Assembly: GCA_951406725.2 (NCBI GenBank)
Contig: OX597834.1
Span: 11,656,001 to 11,720,000 of the forward strand
Direction: 5' to 3'
DNA: 64,000 nt
Origin: Octopus vulgaris
Lineage: Eukaryota
The translations under genes were made by a program, and so were the position numbers. The stretch's first letter is position 1. Each line of letters starts with the position of its first letter. The notes under the pieces were generated by a model that searched no databases, was not told the DNA's origin, and worked only from the letters and a program-made list of their open reading frames with translations. This document shows positions 12,469-25,276 of this stretch, one piece after another.

Positions 12469-12555
12469 CATAATTATTTATATGTGTAAATATGTGTGTG
12501 TATATATATTATTATACATATGTAAATATATATATATATATATATATATGTATAC

Positions 12556-12586
<31 letters not shown>

Positions 12587-12690
12587 TATATACATATGTA
12601 TATATATATATATATATGTTCGTGCATATGTATATCTGTATGTTTATGTATGTTGAATACACACTCATACCCATACGTATATATATATTT
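11995..12690. repeat. Compound (TA)n/(TG)n microsatellite
   Basis: Read directly; explains the YI/YV-rich ORFs. Confidence 0.97.
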
Positions 12691-13056
12691 TATATTAGTT
12701 TTATAAGTTAGAGACTCTTAACTATCAAAATCATTGCTTGGAAGATAACATTATCCAATTTTGCACTTAATATACACGTTGGTTTTGCATTTAATATTAC
12801 AACAAAATGAATCCTATAAGATAATTTACATATTTATCTACTCTACGTTATGCATTGCATATTCATTAATGTAAATGAGACTGTTAACTACACCGGTATG
12901 TATACATACTATACACCGCATAATGCAGTTCTTTCCCTAACATCATATTTAAATATATAAAAATATGCGAGTATTTTTCTTCTCAGGTCCTTTTATACTC
13001 TCACGAATTTTCTTTGAACCTCTCTGTTTATATTTTGAAAGGCATTTATAGATAAA

Positions 13057-13841
13057 CTAGCAGTATCGCCCGGCGTTGCTCGGATTTATAAGGGAAATAA
13101 CTATATAAGCATTTTTAGAGAGTTATAGCCAAAAAATAGGGAAAAAATGCATTAAAAATGGAAAAAAAATGATGGTAAATTTTTTTAAATCGTTGATTCA
13201 TCGTAGACATTTTTAGAGAGTTACTTCCCTTTATATAATAGTGAAAAAATGCATTTAAATGGAAAAAAATGATGGTAAATTTTTTTTAAATCGTAGACTC
13301 ATCGTAGACGTGCGCTAATACCCAGAAGGGCTCGATATGAATCACGACTATAAGATACCCAATTTTGGTTAAACTGCACCGCAAAATGTGGGAGTAGTTA
13401 CGAATCTAAATCATAGGAGACAGACACACAACTTCTCTTTTATATATAACTAGCAGTATCGCCCAGCGTTGCTCGGGTTTGTAAGGGAAATAACTATACA
13501 GCATTTTTAGAGAGTTATAGCCAAAAAATAGCAAAAAAAAACATTAAAAATGGAAAAAATATGGTAATTTTTTTTTTAAATCGTTGACTCATCGTAGACA
13601 TTTTTAGAGAGTTACTTCGCTTATATTTAAAAAATATGCATTAAAATGGAAAAAATTGATGGTAAATTATTTTTAAAATCGTAGACTCATCGTAGACGCG
13701 CGCTAATACCCAGAAGGCCTCGATATGAATGCACAATTATAAGATACACGGTTTTGGTTAAACTGCACCGCAAAATGTGGGAGTAGTTAGGAATCTAAAT
13801 CGGAGTAGACAGACACACAACCTTACTTTTATATATAAAGA
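13057..13841 (-). mobile_element. Head-to-tail dimer of non-autonomous Helitron, type 1
   Basis: The minus strand reads A|TC...CTAG|T with no TSD and a subterminal GC hairpin. Units are 13450-13841 and 13057-13449, homologous to 23227-23623. Confidence 0.9.
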
Positions 13842-14046
13842 TATATATTTATGAAATATACACATACATATATTCATACATACACCCACACACATTTATA
13901 TCTCCCCACTCCAACATATATATATGTACATAAATACATATAAATATAAATGTGTGTCTATATATATATATATACAATAGCAAAGACAGAGACTCAAATA
14001 CGCTCACACGCAAACATATTTGAGAAATTGATAGATGGATACATAC

Positions 14047-14100
<54 letters not shown>

Positions 14101-14917
14101 AAGTAGATAAATGGTACGACAAAGCACCAATATTTACTGGAAAATAGCTGTCGATATAGATACGACGCTATTGTATAGCTTCACTGCGTATATACTAGCA
14201 AAGATGTGTGTGCAACAAACATGAAAGAAAATTGTCTTACCTCTAGGAAGAACATAGATAGATACATACATACATACATACATACATACATAGAGACAGA
14301 CAGACAGACAGACAGACATATATGCATTCATAGACAAAGAGAAATACTGAAAGATTTATAAATATCCAGCTCGCTACCTGGATAGAAAAATATGATATAC
14401 ATGTGCCATTGTAGTGCAGGATAGGACATGGTAAACCGTCTGCGCTTTAGAAAGAAATATCCTTATATGTGCCATATGCAGATAATTTCTGTTAATAAAA
14501 TTGAAACATCGCACTGCCATTCTGTTAGATAGATCACAGTCCTCTCAGTCACGTAGATACAAATATAGGTTTTGGTGCACCTTAATATATGCTTCCTACC
14601 TCAAATTTTGTGTTCTGCAATGTTATGAACAGCCTCTGCCACTGTTAGTAAGCGTTGACACTCTATCGGCCTTCAACAAGTTTTGACAATCAAAAACACG
14701 CCGAATTTCTTTCTTATTTTTAATTTTATTTATTTGATGATCTCACTAATCAGTGGTTGTTATAGTAAATTCGCGAAAGTTTCAAAAAGCCGTTGTTCTC
14801 AGTGGGCTGCTAAATACTGAGGTGCGAAAGTAGATTCGTTGTATCCGAAGTGTTGAGATAATTTTGCCAGCCATCAGCCATGACACGTGTTGCTGCATCA
14901 TTCACACTCATGTAGTC

Positions 14918-14949
<32 letters not shown>

Positions 14950-14953
<4 letters not shown>

Positions 14954-15400
14954 AATATATAAAGTTTATCCAAACAAGAAAGCACAAAAACACAACAACG
15001 CGAGGACGTGGAAAAAATATAGTATTATTGGACGCTCCGGAAAGAAGGAAAGAAGGAGGGTTCAACGTTTCGAGCGGAGCTCTTCGTCGGAAACTTAGGA
15101 GAAGGAAAGATCCAGAGAAGGGAAGACAGAGGAAAAACGTCGCCAACGGTACACACGCGGTCACATTTAGAATGACCGGAAGGAAAATATATATAAAACA
15201 AAAGACAAAAACGGGTGAAGGACAACAAATAGATTGACCCTCAGAAAAAGCGGAAATGTCATTGACGCTTCGATCCTGTACTCCTTCGCCAAAAAGGGTT
15301 GATAGGAACAAAAAAATGGATGGAACCAAAAATTGATGGAACAAAAAAAAAGAAGAAATGGAGGGGGGAGAGAGAGAGAAATTGTATGTTTTTATGTATG
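14950..15400 (-). mobile_element. PLE pLTR-like non-coding fragment with hammerhead motif
   Basis: Hammerhead motif at 15057-15097, followed by AATAAT and a T-rich end running into (TA)n. Shares the AGCGTCCAA block and overall layout with 58120-58317. Confidence 0.65.
15057..15097 (-). ncRNA. Minimal type-I hammerhead-like motif, U4C core
   Basis: gttt-CCGACGA-a-gagc-tcc-gctc-GAAA-cg-TT-gaac. The stem III region is the palindrome AACGTT. Confidence 0.65.
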
Positions 15401-15944
15401 TATGTATATAAACACACATATATTTGCCGTTTTGGATTTGTGTATCATAACGTACTTTGTAAATATGGTATATTTCTTTCAATGTCCTTGCTGGTAGATT
15501 CTCGACAAGTGGTAAATGGGAAATTCTATGTTAAGGGATATATTCTATTATTGGAAGAACTGTAGAAGAATAAAGTGTTAATAGAAAACAGCCTTAATGT
15601 CACTCCATAAACTAATTAACAACACCTGTTGAGTTTCGATTAAAGCCAACGGATAGACCATCACCGAGAAACGCATCTCAAATTGAACTTGTGTTTTCTG
15701 CCCACGTAATTTTATATAACTCATATTTTGTATATGCAGCGCCCTCTAATGCATTGTACGTATCCTATTGTTTTTTCACATATATATATAACCTCTCGCT
15801 CTCTCCCTTTCTTTTACTTGCTCACTATATCTCGCCTCCTCTCTTTCTCCAACTCTCTCTGTAACTCTCCATGTCTTCCCATCTGCTCCCCAATGTCTTC
15901 TCTCGTAATTATGGTTCGTATTAAGCGAGAAATCACAAATAATA

Positions 15945-16450
<506 letters not shown>

Positions 16451-17334
16451 AAGAGTATGAGAGAGAGAAGCATTTCTAGTAATTGAAAAATTGCTTTCCC
16501 TCCATTTAATATCATGCATTTATGTTCTACCTCCTACATCATATTTTCTATTAGTTTTCTCCTCAATGATATTTCTTTCTCTGCTATATTGTCTTCTCTC
16601 TCATAACGGTTTTATCATTATCGCCGCTATAGTTTCCTTTCATGCGTAGGCTTCGTAAAACCGCAGCGCACATATATTTGTATCTTACATAACATTAGGC
16701 ACCAGTTTGGCAAAGGGGTATGTCAGCAGCTGACGCATAATTCAAACAAGTTTATGGGTATATTATTGTTCAATCAATTTTCTGCAAGAACACTTATGTA
16801 CGCACACGCACATACGCTCAAACAGAAACACACACACACACTACATATGCATACACTTGTGTGTGTGTGCCTATGTGTACTTGTGAGAATTTACAACTCC
16901 TAACACCGCTATTTTTCACTCTCCATAAATCAATGAATAAACACGGAAATAATATGCCCTAATCTAACCAATGGCGTGAATACAACTGTAAAAGAAAGGT
17001 CTGAGCAACTCTCTGAATAGCGACATAGGACGGTATGCGTTGTGCACAATTAAAATCTTTTACGCTACAGTATGCTTTGAAGATAACTCTTTTGTGAAAC
17101 AGAAAATTATAACTTGCATTTAGTATCACAAAAAGTCACCTACATACAAAATGCATGAACATACATACATACATACATACATACATTCATACATACATGA
17201 ATATATATAATGCACGTGAACTTTATTTAGAGCGTAGCCACTTTATCCTTTTCGGTATGCTGTAGTGGTGATAACATTTTGGTTACGCACCCGTAATATC
17301 TATCTTGCCCAGATGTTCTGTACTGTTTCGTGTG

Positions 17335-17566
17335 TGAAAGAGAGAAAGATAGTGTGAGAGACGAAAAGATAGTGAGCGAGACAGAAAGATAGTGAGAGAG
17401 AGACAGAAAGAGAGTGAGTGAGAGAGAGAGAAAGATAGTGAGAGAGACAGAAAATAGTGAGAAAGACAGAAAATAGTGAGAGAGAGAGAGAGAAAGATAG
17501 TGTGAGAGAGAGAATAGTGAGAAAGAGAGAAAATAGAGAGAGAAAAATAGTGAGGGAGACAGAGAA

Positions 17567-17597
<31 letters not shown>

Positions 17598-17680
17598 AAG
17601 ATAGTGAAAGAGATGAAAAGAGTGAGAGAACAGAAAGATAGTGAGAGAGACAGAAAAATAGTGAGAGAGAGAGAAAGAGA
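17335..17680. repeat. (AG)n-derived minisatellite, unit approximately GAAAGATAGTGAGAGAGA(CA)
   Basis: Recurring ATAGTG anchor separated by variable AG runs. Confidence 0.9.
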
Positions 17681-17990
17681 CTTATTGTACGTAATGTCAA
17701 GAATCGGGTCAACATCTTGTCCGACCGAAAGCATTATTTTCAAAATACATTTTCAATCCTGCAGCTGATGACCAGACTTTGACCGTGTCATTTGTATACA
17801 AATTTATACACATAAACTTAGCGAGGTCATCCAGGAGAACTAATTCACCATATAGTAAAAAATCCTTCAGATCATAGAACCTACCTATCGGATATAATAC
17901 TTGATGAGAAGAGCTCTGCTACCGAAAATATCCGGCTTTTTACCGCTATATATGTACCACACGTAAGATAATTCCAGCCGATGCTTAATA

Positions 17991-18112
17991 AGGCAAGGTC
18001 GACTTCGGCAGAATTTGAACTCAGAACGGAAAGTCTGATGAAATACAAAAAGACAGACGAAATACGTTAGCATTTCGACCGGCGTGTTAACGATTCCGCC
18101 AGCTCGCCGACC
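17991..18112 (-). mobile_element. SINE family A, 5' part
   Basis: Homology to the head of 5057-5289. Confidence 0.8.
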
Positions 18113-18160
18113 TAATAATAATAATGATGATGATACTACTACTAACACCACGACCACCAC

Positions 18161-18198
<38 letters not shown>

Positions 18199-18201
<3 letters not shown>

Positions 18202-18594
18202 GATCTTGAAATAGAAATCAGCAAAATGTAGAACCTGAAGACTAAAACAATACCTGTTGTCATAGGTGCCCTGGGAATGATAGCGAAAGGGGCTGATTGC
18301 TACCTAACTCAGATACCAGGAAACCCCAAAATGGCAGAAATTCAAAAGATAGTCCTCATGGGAACTGCTCATATCCTACGCAAAATCCTTTCTATGTAAT
18401 CTCAGGGCTTAAAACAAACACAATTTTGTTTTTTTTTAATTTATTTATTAATTTTTTTTGGACATTCACCAAAAAAACCCCAAATATATGCCACACTAGG
18501 CATAACAACATGAACTTCCAGCCTGTTGTCTCTTGAGGTCTCTGGGTGAGACTTGGAGCCAACTTGTACAAATGTAAAGCAAAAGTCAAACATA
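18199..18594 (+). mobile_element. R4/Dong-clade non-LTR retrotransposon, 5'-truncated 3' end, in (TAA)n
   Basis: KDLEIEISKM*NLKTKTIPVVIGALGMI..IQKIVLMGTAHILRKILSM* (stop at 18397-18399) matches the Dong/R4 endonuclease C-terminus. A 3' UTR follows; (TAA)n lies upstream and again at 18707-18722. Confidence 0.85.
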
Positions 18595-18706
18595 CTCTTT
18601 ACTCTTTTACTTGTTTCAGTCATTTGACTGCGGCCATGCTGGAGCACCGCCTTTAGTCGAGAAAATCGACCCCGGGACTTATTCTTTGTAAGCCCAGTAC
18701 TTATTC
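18593..18706 (-). mobile_element. SINE family B, 3' fragment
   Basis: Matches the last ~110 bp of 24211-24628. Confidence 0.88.
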
Positions 18707-18820
18707 TAATAATAATAATAATCTTTTCACCTAAAGGCACAAGGGCTGAAATTTCGGCGCGGAGAGGATTAGTCGATAACATCGACCCCTGTCTTACGCT
18801 GGTACTTCATTTATCGACCC
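18707..18820 (-). mobile_element. SINE family A variant, 3' fragment with (ATT)n tail
   Basis: GGGTCGATAAATGAAGTACCAG body and a CCTTGTGCCT tail on the minus strand. Confidence 0.7.
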
Positions 18821-19698
18821 ATACATGGTGAAGGTTGCTCTTTTAAGCGAAATATAATGTCAACCTCGGAAATAAGGCTAAGCAAATTGCTATCGAGCTA
18901 ACTTTGCTATATCGGACGGTCAATCACTTCCGAGAGCAATGTTTTCGATCGATATCGTTAAACGTGGCAAAGGTTTATTTGACATCGCTGAATGAACGGC
19001 TTGAAACCTTCCAATTGTATTTTGATATCAGTATTCGAAGAATTTTATCCTCAGTGCTGTCCGCTGCATGCTTCCACCATCGCTACTACTGCTGCTACTA
19101 CTACTACTTCTACTACTACAGTGGCGGCAGGAGATGGAGAGTTTGTTTTTCGAATTATAGAAATGACAGAAGTAGGCAATTATGTAACGATGAACTACAT
19201 GGGAAGTGGCGGAAAGAGAAATACATATTCGTAGGCAAGTGAAATAAATTGAAGAAGAAGAAGAAGAATGACGAAGAGGAGGACGAGGACGAGGAGGACG
19301 AGAAAGGGGAGGAGGAAGTGTGCAGCTAGCACTTCCTTTCCATAAATGGGTAGATTACGTGTATTCATTGCTTGAATTTTAAATTAAATAGGCACAATAC
19401 ACCATGAATTGGCTGCACGTATTGAATAGATTAAAATGAAATGAAAAACCTCTGATGTAATATTCTTAGATCGTGAGAGAGAGGAGGAGGAGGGGGAGAG
19501 AAAATGTGGGAGGAGAGACGGGGGTAGAGTGACAGAGAGGGAAATGGAGACAGGAGGATAAAGAGAGAAATATGTAAAGAAATAAAGAAATAGACGTACA
19601 ATGAAGATAGAAAGACAGATGGACAAACAGACAGATTGGCAGACACTGATATATAGATCGATAAATAGATATTTATAGATTGGTAGATAGGCAGATTA

Positions 19699-19729
<31 letters not shown>

Positions 19730-21433
19730 CATGTGCACAGACAGCAATATGGACATATATTCCCAGTATAAAGAAATGCAGATATTGATCGATATATAGA
19801 TAGACAGAGAGAGTGATAAATAAGTAACAGATAGGTAGAGCAAAATATGGGTATATATATATGTGTGTGTATATGCGTGTTTATATTTGATATAATTTGA
19901 GAGAGAAAGTGGAGAGAGAGGTATGTGTGAACGAGATATGGGCGTTAGAGATGTGGATTTCGTGAAGAAAGAAATAAGATTGAAAGTAGAGATGAAAGTG
20001 ATAAATCGAAAAGAAGCAGTATTTAAATAAATATATAACGTAGGATAAAGTGAATAAAGTTGTATAGAAGTGAAAGGAAAAAGGATGCGAAAGGGGATAG
20101 AAAACAGACAAAAATTGGCAAAAAGCGAAACAGATATATGGAGACAAGAGAGAATAGACAACTAAGGGTAGACAGACAAAGACGAAATCCATAGAGAGAC
20201 GGAGAGAAATAGATAATAAATAAAGAAGGAAAGAACAATGAAAGAGACAGTGAATGAGTGAATGAATGAATGAATATGTGGAAAAGTATTGGCCATATGA
20301 AATTCCAGAAATTACATAAGCGAAGCCAATATTGGAGTTTAGATCGATGAAGCTAAGTACAATTTTGAAATGTAATTCATAATAATACAAAGGTTAAACC
20401 CGGGTTTTAATCACAAAATGAGATTGTGCACCAGTCAATAAGATCTCTTTGTTGCCGAATGAAAATGGATATAATGGGTTGCCTTTATGAAATATGCAAA
20501 TTTCAGTGAGTTTCAAGAGTTAGCACGCACAAGAACAATTAAACTAAATCTGAAACGCACGGCGTATGCTTAAAATATCTGAGAGACATTTCACCAAATT
20601 TGAATGTTTACTTTCGGATTAATTTGAAGGTTACTGACATTATCTAATATAAGTATACCAAAGTATTAGATGCTACAACAGTATGATTTAACCATCCATA
20701 AATGTAGCTGTTCCTAGATCTATTATTGGTGCAATAAGTTCATAGAGTGGAATAAATTATTTTCCGCTAAATATGGAGAGAATTGTAGCCGTTCGAATGC
20801 AAGGCATCGGCAGAAGTAAAAATATTTTCTTAGAGTAACGGAGAGTAAGCATCTCACTGATATGATCGGTGGAGTATTGAGTAGGATACAATGTGGGGAC
20901 CTCTTTTGGCTCATATCTATTTTTATATATTCTGAGATCAAACCGCCCCCATGTCAAATATGTATATTTTTACCTTATGCTGTTGATAAATCAAGTACCA
21001 GCTGAATACTAAAATCAATACTTCTCTATCGCTCCACAATTTCATATATTTTTCTCTGGGTTGGCTACGTTTGACTGTAAGACAGAAAACCATTCACTTA
21101 TCTAGGGGATTCGATGTTTTAAACGAAGTAAATTGAAGTACTTCTCTTTGACAACTGACAGCTACCAAAGATGAACTGACATACAGCATAGAGACGAAAT
21201 AATGAAGAAAAAAAAAGGGGTATGTGAATCAATAAAAAGTAAGGTATAGGTCGAGAGAGGAGTAACGAAAAATGTTAACGTGGGAGCAGCGTTATATAGA
21301 ACGTGTAAAGTATGTCTGCTTGACATTTCTGACTCCACACCTAGGAATTATAGGAGCGGTAAACTAGTTTCTATGGAGTATACTTCGCCGAGATCACAAC
21401 ACATCCCCTGAATAAGCTTACTTATATGAACCG

Positions 21434-21553
21434 GAGCAACGAGCACTGAAGTTCTTCGCTGAAGAACACGAGGCTTCGCCCAAACCTTGAATCGATACCT
21501 CAACCTTGCATTTGTGAGCGCAGTATTCTAACCACTAGGCTACGCGCCTTCAC
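21434..21553 (-). mobile_element. Old SINE family C head
   Basis: The minus strand begins GTGAAGGCGCGTAGCCTAGTGGTTAG, homologous to the heads ending at 36652 and 30105. Confidence 0.7.
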
Positions 21554-21883
21554 GTATTAAATAAACCTGAGGGAAAATTTACATGAATTCTGGTGGATAT
21601 GTGAATCGGATTGGAGGGTTTTCATAAATCAATGCACAAAAGTTTTGACGTGAAGTATTTCTAAACAACTGACATAACTATCTCATGTCCAGTTAGCAGC
21701 ATTTCTCGTTGGCTAATTAATTTTGAAATAACTACGTGTCCTTGTTTCATTACGGTTCGTGGGAAGCCATTGTCTTGGAGGGAAAGAATATGTCACTTTG
21801 CATGCGTGACTTAATACTACGATGGGGTGATGAAAAGCTCCTGGCTTTGGGTAGGGTAACAGAAAATATAGGAGGATCGCAGA

Positions 21884-22146
21884 CATCATCATCATTGTTC
21901 GACTGTGGTCGAGACAATGGAATTTACTATGTTACACCAGACTTCACGGTCCATCATAGCATTACGGAGGTCCTGTTGCTGAATGCCTGTATCCCAGGAT
22001 AGGAGAGTGTGCGCCCTCTGGTATCGCGAGCAGATGGATTCCAGAGGAGAAGAGTAGAAATTACCTCGTTTTCAGCTCTACAACAATGTCCAGCAAACTG
22101 GACTCTTCTACCTTTCACAAGAGATGATACAGGTGGTAATTTCCCC
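21884..22146 (-). mobile_element. RTE-clade LINE, 3' fragment with (TGA)n tail
   Basis: GKLPPVSSLVKGRRVQFAGHCCRAENEVISTLLLWNP..RGRTLSYP / QQQDLRNAMMDREVWCNIVNSI..EQ* followed by TGATGATGATG. Confidence 0.88.
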
Positions 22147-22827
22147 AACTTTAGTTGGATGACGCTTCCACGAGAGATTTTGAGCTCACATAAGGAGGCA
22201 CGTGTAAGTTCTATCCAACCACCTCTCAAGACATATGGCTGTGGTCCTTAAGCCCTGTAAAAGAACTCGGAAGATTTATCCCCCAAACAGATCTCTCGCA
22301 ATACCCTTAAAAAAAGAAAATTTCCAGCCCACTCTCTTACAACAGTCACTGAAAGAGTATGAACAGGGTCGAATTGCAATATTCAACTTATTCTATCGGC
22401 ACGGCAACGGTAAAAGGCAAAGTTTATCTCGAGAGCATTCAAAGGAAGATCGGTAGAAAACCAGAACAATTAACGTATGATATTTTCCTGGAAGATCTGC
22501 CGCTTTAATATTGATGAATTCTAATGTAACTAAATAAACCATATCAGACGGGTTTGAATTCATAATGGGAAAATGTGTAATGGAATATAAGCCATTTTGG
22601 TAACTTAATACGAAGACTTGTAATTCATCGATCTTGTAATTAACATTTGTATCACTTTGTAGCGGAGGTGTAAGACCATGGATTCCTGAGAGGGAACATT
22701 TGATTAAATCGATCACAGTAATTATTTAATTGGTACCTATGCTCTCAGCACAAATACATGCTGAGAATAGTAGCATGGTAGTTTCTGGTGAGATACTAAT
22801 TCTGCAATTTATCACTATTTCATATAA

Positions 22828-23211
22828 TTGATTCCAAATTTGGGCACAAGGCCAGCAATTTTGGGGAAGAGGTTAAAGTGATTGTATCGCCCCAGTTCTC
22901 AAGTAGTATTTATTTTATCGACCCAGAAAGGATGAAATGCAAAGTCGACCTTAGCGGAGTTTGAACTCAGAAGGTAAATACAGACAAAATGCCTATATCT
23001 TTACTACCCACAAGGGGCTAAACACATAGAGGACAAACGGATTAAGTCCATTACATCGACCGCAGTGTGTAACTGATACTTATTTAATCGACCCTGAAAG
23101 GATGAAAGGCAAAGTCGACCTCGGCGGAATTTGAACTCAGAACGTAACGGCAGACGAAATGCCGCTAAGCATTTTGCTCGGGGAGCTAACAATTCTGCCT
23201 GCTCTCCGCCC
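22828..23211 (-). mobile_element. SINE family A dimer (full unit plus headless older unit)
   Basis: Junction at 22993/22994 reads AAAGATATA|GGCATTTTGTC on the minus strand. Confidence 0.82.
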
Positions 23212-23226
23212 TAACATTTCATAATA

Positions 23227-23623
23227 TCTTTATATATAAAAGAGAGGTTGTGTGTCTGTTTCCTACGATTTAGATTCCTAACTACTCCCACATTTTGCGG
23301 TGCAGTTTAACCAAAACCGGGTATCTTATAGTCGTGATTCATATCGAGCCCTTCTGGGTATTAGCGCGCGTCTACGATGAGTCTACGATTGAAAAAAGAA
23401 TTGCCATTTTTTCCATTTTAATGCATTTTTTTTTGCTATTATATAAGGGAAGTAACTCTCTAAAAATGTCTACGATGAGTCAACAATTTAAAGAACAATT
23501 TACCATAATTTTCTTTTTCCATTTTTAATGCATTTTTTTGCTATTTTTTGGCTACAACTCTCTAAAAATGCTTATATAGTTATTTCCCTTACAAACCCGA
23601 TCAACGCCGGGCGATACTGCTAG
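23227..23623 (+). mobile_element. Non-autonomous Helitron, type 1 monomer
   Basis: A|TCTTTATATATAAAAG...CCCGATCAACGCCGGG-CGATACTG-CTAG|T, no TSD, with an internal ~105-bp duplication. Confidence 0.92.
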
Positions 23624-23649
23624 TTAGAAATATAACCAAAGTGCTAATC

Positions 23650-23855
23650 AAGCAGAATTGTTAGCACGCAAAAGAAAAATATTCGACGCCATCTCATTCG
23701 ACTTTACGTTCTCAGATCTAATGCCACCGTGGTCTTCTTTGCCTTTTATGTATTCGGGGTTGATAAAACACGCACCAGTTCAGCACTGGTCCGATGTAAT
23801 CGACTTAACCACTTACTCGAAATCGCTAGCCTTGTGACACAATCTTAAATCAATA
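23650..23855 (+). mobile_element. Old diverged SINE family A copy
   Basis: Colinear degenerate blocks (GCAGAATTGTTAGCACG, TTCGGGGTTGATAAA, GATGTAATCGACT). Confidence 0.65.
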
Positions 23856-24210
23856 TTAGTAATATGACCAAACAACAAAACGAATGCAATTATAGACATG
23901 TTGTTAATCTTTCAAATTTGAGAGACATCCTTCTGCATTTCCGGCCGGAAACGCGGTAATTCATGACTTGTCAAGGTTGCTGAGAAGTGTCGGAAACCCA
24001 TTATTTCATTAACAACTGTACAATAATGTAAAACAATTGCTACATATTGTTCAGCTTATTGCTATAATCAATATGGATTTTGTAATATTAAGGAATGCTT
24101 CGCAAGGTAAACAAACAGCCAGACTCTGGATCTGCACACGCGTCAGTAACAGCCGAATGTTCTTTAAATTATATCCTAATATAAATTATATAAAATTATA
24201 TCCTAATATA

Positions 24211-24365
24211 GGCACAGGAGTGGCTGTGTGGTAAGTAGCTTGCTAACCAACCACATGGTTCCAGGTTCAGTCCCATCTTGGGCAAGTGTCTTCTGCTTTA
24301 GCCCCGGGCCGACCAATACCTTGTGAGTGGATTTGGTAGACGGAAACTGAAAGACGCCTGTCGTA

Positions 24366-24412
<47 letters not shown>

Positions 24413-24628
24413 TTGTTTGTGTGTCTGTGTTTGTCCCCCTAGCATTGCTTGACAAACTATGCTGGTGTGTTTATGTCTCCGTTACTTAGCGGTTCGGCAA
24501 AAGAGACCGGTAGAATAAGTACTGGGCTTACAAAAAGAATAAGTTCCGGGGTCGAGTTGCTCGATTAAAGCGGTGCTCCAGCATGGCCGCAGTGAAATGA
24601 CTGAAACAAGTAAAAAAGTAAAAGAGAG
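24211..24628 (+). mobile_element. SINE family B, full length
   Basis: A-box-like TGGCTGTGTGG, B-box-like GGTTCAGTCCC, CORE-like CTTGGGCAAGTG, internal (TA)n(TG)n, 3' CAGTGAAATGACTG hairpin and AAGTAAAA tail. Confidence 0.92.
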
Positions 24629-24678
24629 TAACGACAAAAACTAGTTGAAATGTTTGCCTAAGATAATTTTGAAGAAAT

Positions 24679-25032
24679 AAGTTAAGTTAATTTTTGGCTC
24701 AAAAAGCAAAAAGCAAGGCCATGTAGGGGGACATAGAGTTATGTACAGGGAGGGTGTTGATGCAAAGAGTTCAGGCCATTTCTGGTCAAGAGAGACTTTG
24801 AACCGAGCGGTCGTCGGCATCTTCACTATCACGTCCGGCAGCTTATTCCACGGAACCGCAACCCGGACGGAGAAAGCCCCTCTCCTTCGATTGAGATGAA
24901 ATCGTCGCAGATAGAGCTTTTCGGAGTGACCCCGCAGCCGACGCTCTGGAGCAGGAGTGAAGAACAGCTCTTTCGAGAGGTTACACTTTCCGCTTATGAT
25001 GTTGTGAGCGAGAATGAGACCACAACGGCGTC
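24679..25032 (-). mobile_element. CR1-clade LINE, 3' fragment
   Basis: LILAHNIISGKCNLSKELFFTPAPERRLRGHSEKLYLRRFHLNRRRGAFSVRVAVPWNKLPDVIV..FKVSLDQKW matches the CR1 RT C-terminus (RGH..KL, FS.RV...WN.LP). Short AACTT-repeat tail. Confidence 0.88.
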
Positions 25033-25276
25033 AATAATAATTGAATAGCAGACGACAGGATGATTAAAACTTGAACACCTCTTTTTCTAGGTCATCTTAA
25101 TCATGGTTAAACTTTGGCTAAAGACCATCAATAACAACGAGAGCAAAAGCAACGAAAATGAAATGAATCATTAGATAAAATTAACGGCAAGACAACATGA
25201 ACGGCGATGCTTAATTGCTATACCTCTATCCATTACATTTTTTACGAGTTATGAGCCAGATCCTATTTATTATCCG

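Noticed and set aside
11987-12706. Long ORFs rich in Y/I/V/C/H/T here and at 15728, 26820, 41489, 42502 and 52263
   Set aside because: They are translations of TA/TG/CA microsatellites, which lack stops in several frames on both strands.
22335-22420. LQQSL..NLFYRHGNGK resembling a CR1/L2-type RT C-terminus; a similar faint signal near 8700-8780 on the minus strand
   Set aside because: Too short and degenerate to support without a translated search.
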